NCBI GenBank assembly: GCA_028023455.1
Contig: JAQFVV010000005.1
Span: 14,136,001 to 14,200,000, forward strand
Origin: Epiperipatus broadwayi
Taxonomy: Eukaryota > Animalia > Onychophora
DNA length: 64,000 bases
Direction: 5' to 3'
The notes beneath the pieces are model-generated. The model was not told the DNA's origin. It was given only the letters and a program-made list of their open reading frames with translations, and made no database searches. Positions 62,840-64,000 of the stretch are shown in pieces. The number at the start of each line of letters is the position of its first letter. The stretch's first letter is position 1. The position numbers and the translations under genes were made by a program.

Positions 62840-63800
62840 TGATGCTACTGAAAACCTTCCATGAACTATATGTAAACTAACCATTCAATTTATTGACATA
62901 TTAACATGCAGAGGGTGACTTAAATATATTAGAGTAATTTTGGATAACTATAAGCTATTCTGAAATCACTATAATTAATCAGAGGGAATGCTTATTTAAG
63001 CTCTAAATATTACATTAATCTTCTGCTAATAAATATAAATATCAATTACGATAGCTCAAATGTAGATGTAATTAATGTGGCAGCTACTGAATACTTCCAA
63101 CAAGTTATATATAAACTAACCATCACTAAATAAAAACTAGTGGACCCACCTGTATTTTAGCTTGGATTGTATATAAGCATTCAATTTATTGATATATTAA
63201 TATGCAAAGGGGTTTTCAGTAGTTCCACATTCATTACATATATATTTGAGCTATCACAACTGATATTTATACCTACTAAATGAAAATTAATCTAATATTT
63301 AGAGGTTATTAAATATGAATCTGTCTTTTCAATTAGTTATAGTGATTTCAGAATAATTTATAGTTGCTCATATCAAATTGAATGCTCATATCCAATCCAA
63401 GTTAAAGTATAGGTGGGTTTATCCTGCACTTTTCATTTATTGATAGTTAATTTACATAAAGTTTGCTGAGGATTATCAGTAGCTTCCACATTAATTACAT
63501 CTATATTCAGCTATTGCAATTGATATTTACATCTATTAACTGAAGATTAATATTTAGAGGATGTTAAGTATGAGGCTCAGCCTTTCCCTCTAATTAGTTA
63601 TAGTGATTTCAAAATAGCTTATAGTTGTCCTGAAATTATGTTAATATATATAAATCATGCTCTGCATGTTAGTACATCAATAAATTGAGTGTTTATATAC
63701 GATCGAAGCTAAAGTACAAAAGGGTCCACTCTGTACTTTTCTTTTACTGATGGTTAGTTTTACATGTAACTACTTGAGTTATCACAATTGATATTTATTT
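62840..63800. repeat. ~260-300-bp unit family: ~1.2 forward units plus ~2 inverted units, diverged
   Basis: TTCAATTTATTGA at ~62883/63180; TCAGTAG-TTCCACATT at ~63215/63477; orientation switches near 63210. Confidence 0.75.
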
Positions 63801-64000
63801 TAATTTATAATGAAAAATATGCTTTTTCTAATCTTATCACAATGCCACTAAATCCTATCATACTATAGTTTGTCATTGGGTAGCTTTTATTTGATTTAAT
63901 ACTTCTTAGTATTCAAACCATGAACCCTATATGTTGATCAGTGATTTTTTTAAAACCTGCTTTCACTGGTGAATGAGTCCATAACTAAATGTTATATATA

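Noticed and set aside
51593-63800. CRISPR-like or prokaryotic interpretation of the repeats and GIY-YIG ORFs
   Set aside because: No constant short repeat with unique spacers and no operon structure. Spliceosomal signals and eukaryotic TEs dominate, and the GIY-YIG context is Penelope-type.

Overview
Very AT-rich (roughly three-quarters AT by eye), CpG-poor, intron-containing eukaryotic DNA, probably from an invertebrate animal; the species cannot be identified from the sequence. Host content: a C2H2 zinc-finger cluster made of two intact plus-strand paralogues inside a ~10-12 kb segmental duplication (1-12198 / 28382-37941) and one decayed inverted paralogue. There are also a few orphan exons, promoter-like CpG islands, and remnants of RTE/other LINEs, hAT, piggyBac and MITEs. 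The most striking signal is a dense set of hammerhead-ribozyme (HHR) motifs in six unrelated sequence families. Two families are 5'-truncated Penelope-like elements (PLEs) with GIY-YIG ORFs and a compensated U3:A8 core. Four are non-coding or ORF-less: three with ~370-460 bp tandem or tandem-plus-inverted units (retrozyme-like), plus short fold-back units. Four of the fold-back insertions are flanked by 12-13 bp direct repeats, most HHRs have palindromic stem III (dimer-type), and one young 369-bp-unit insertion has an empty site in the paralogous duplicate. This suggests a PLE-driven system mobilising small ribozyme RNAs that may be circular. All alignments, folds and counts were done by eye; none were computed.
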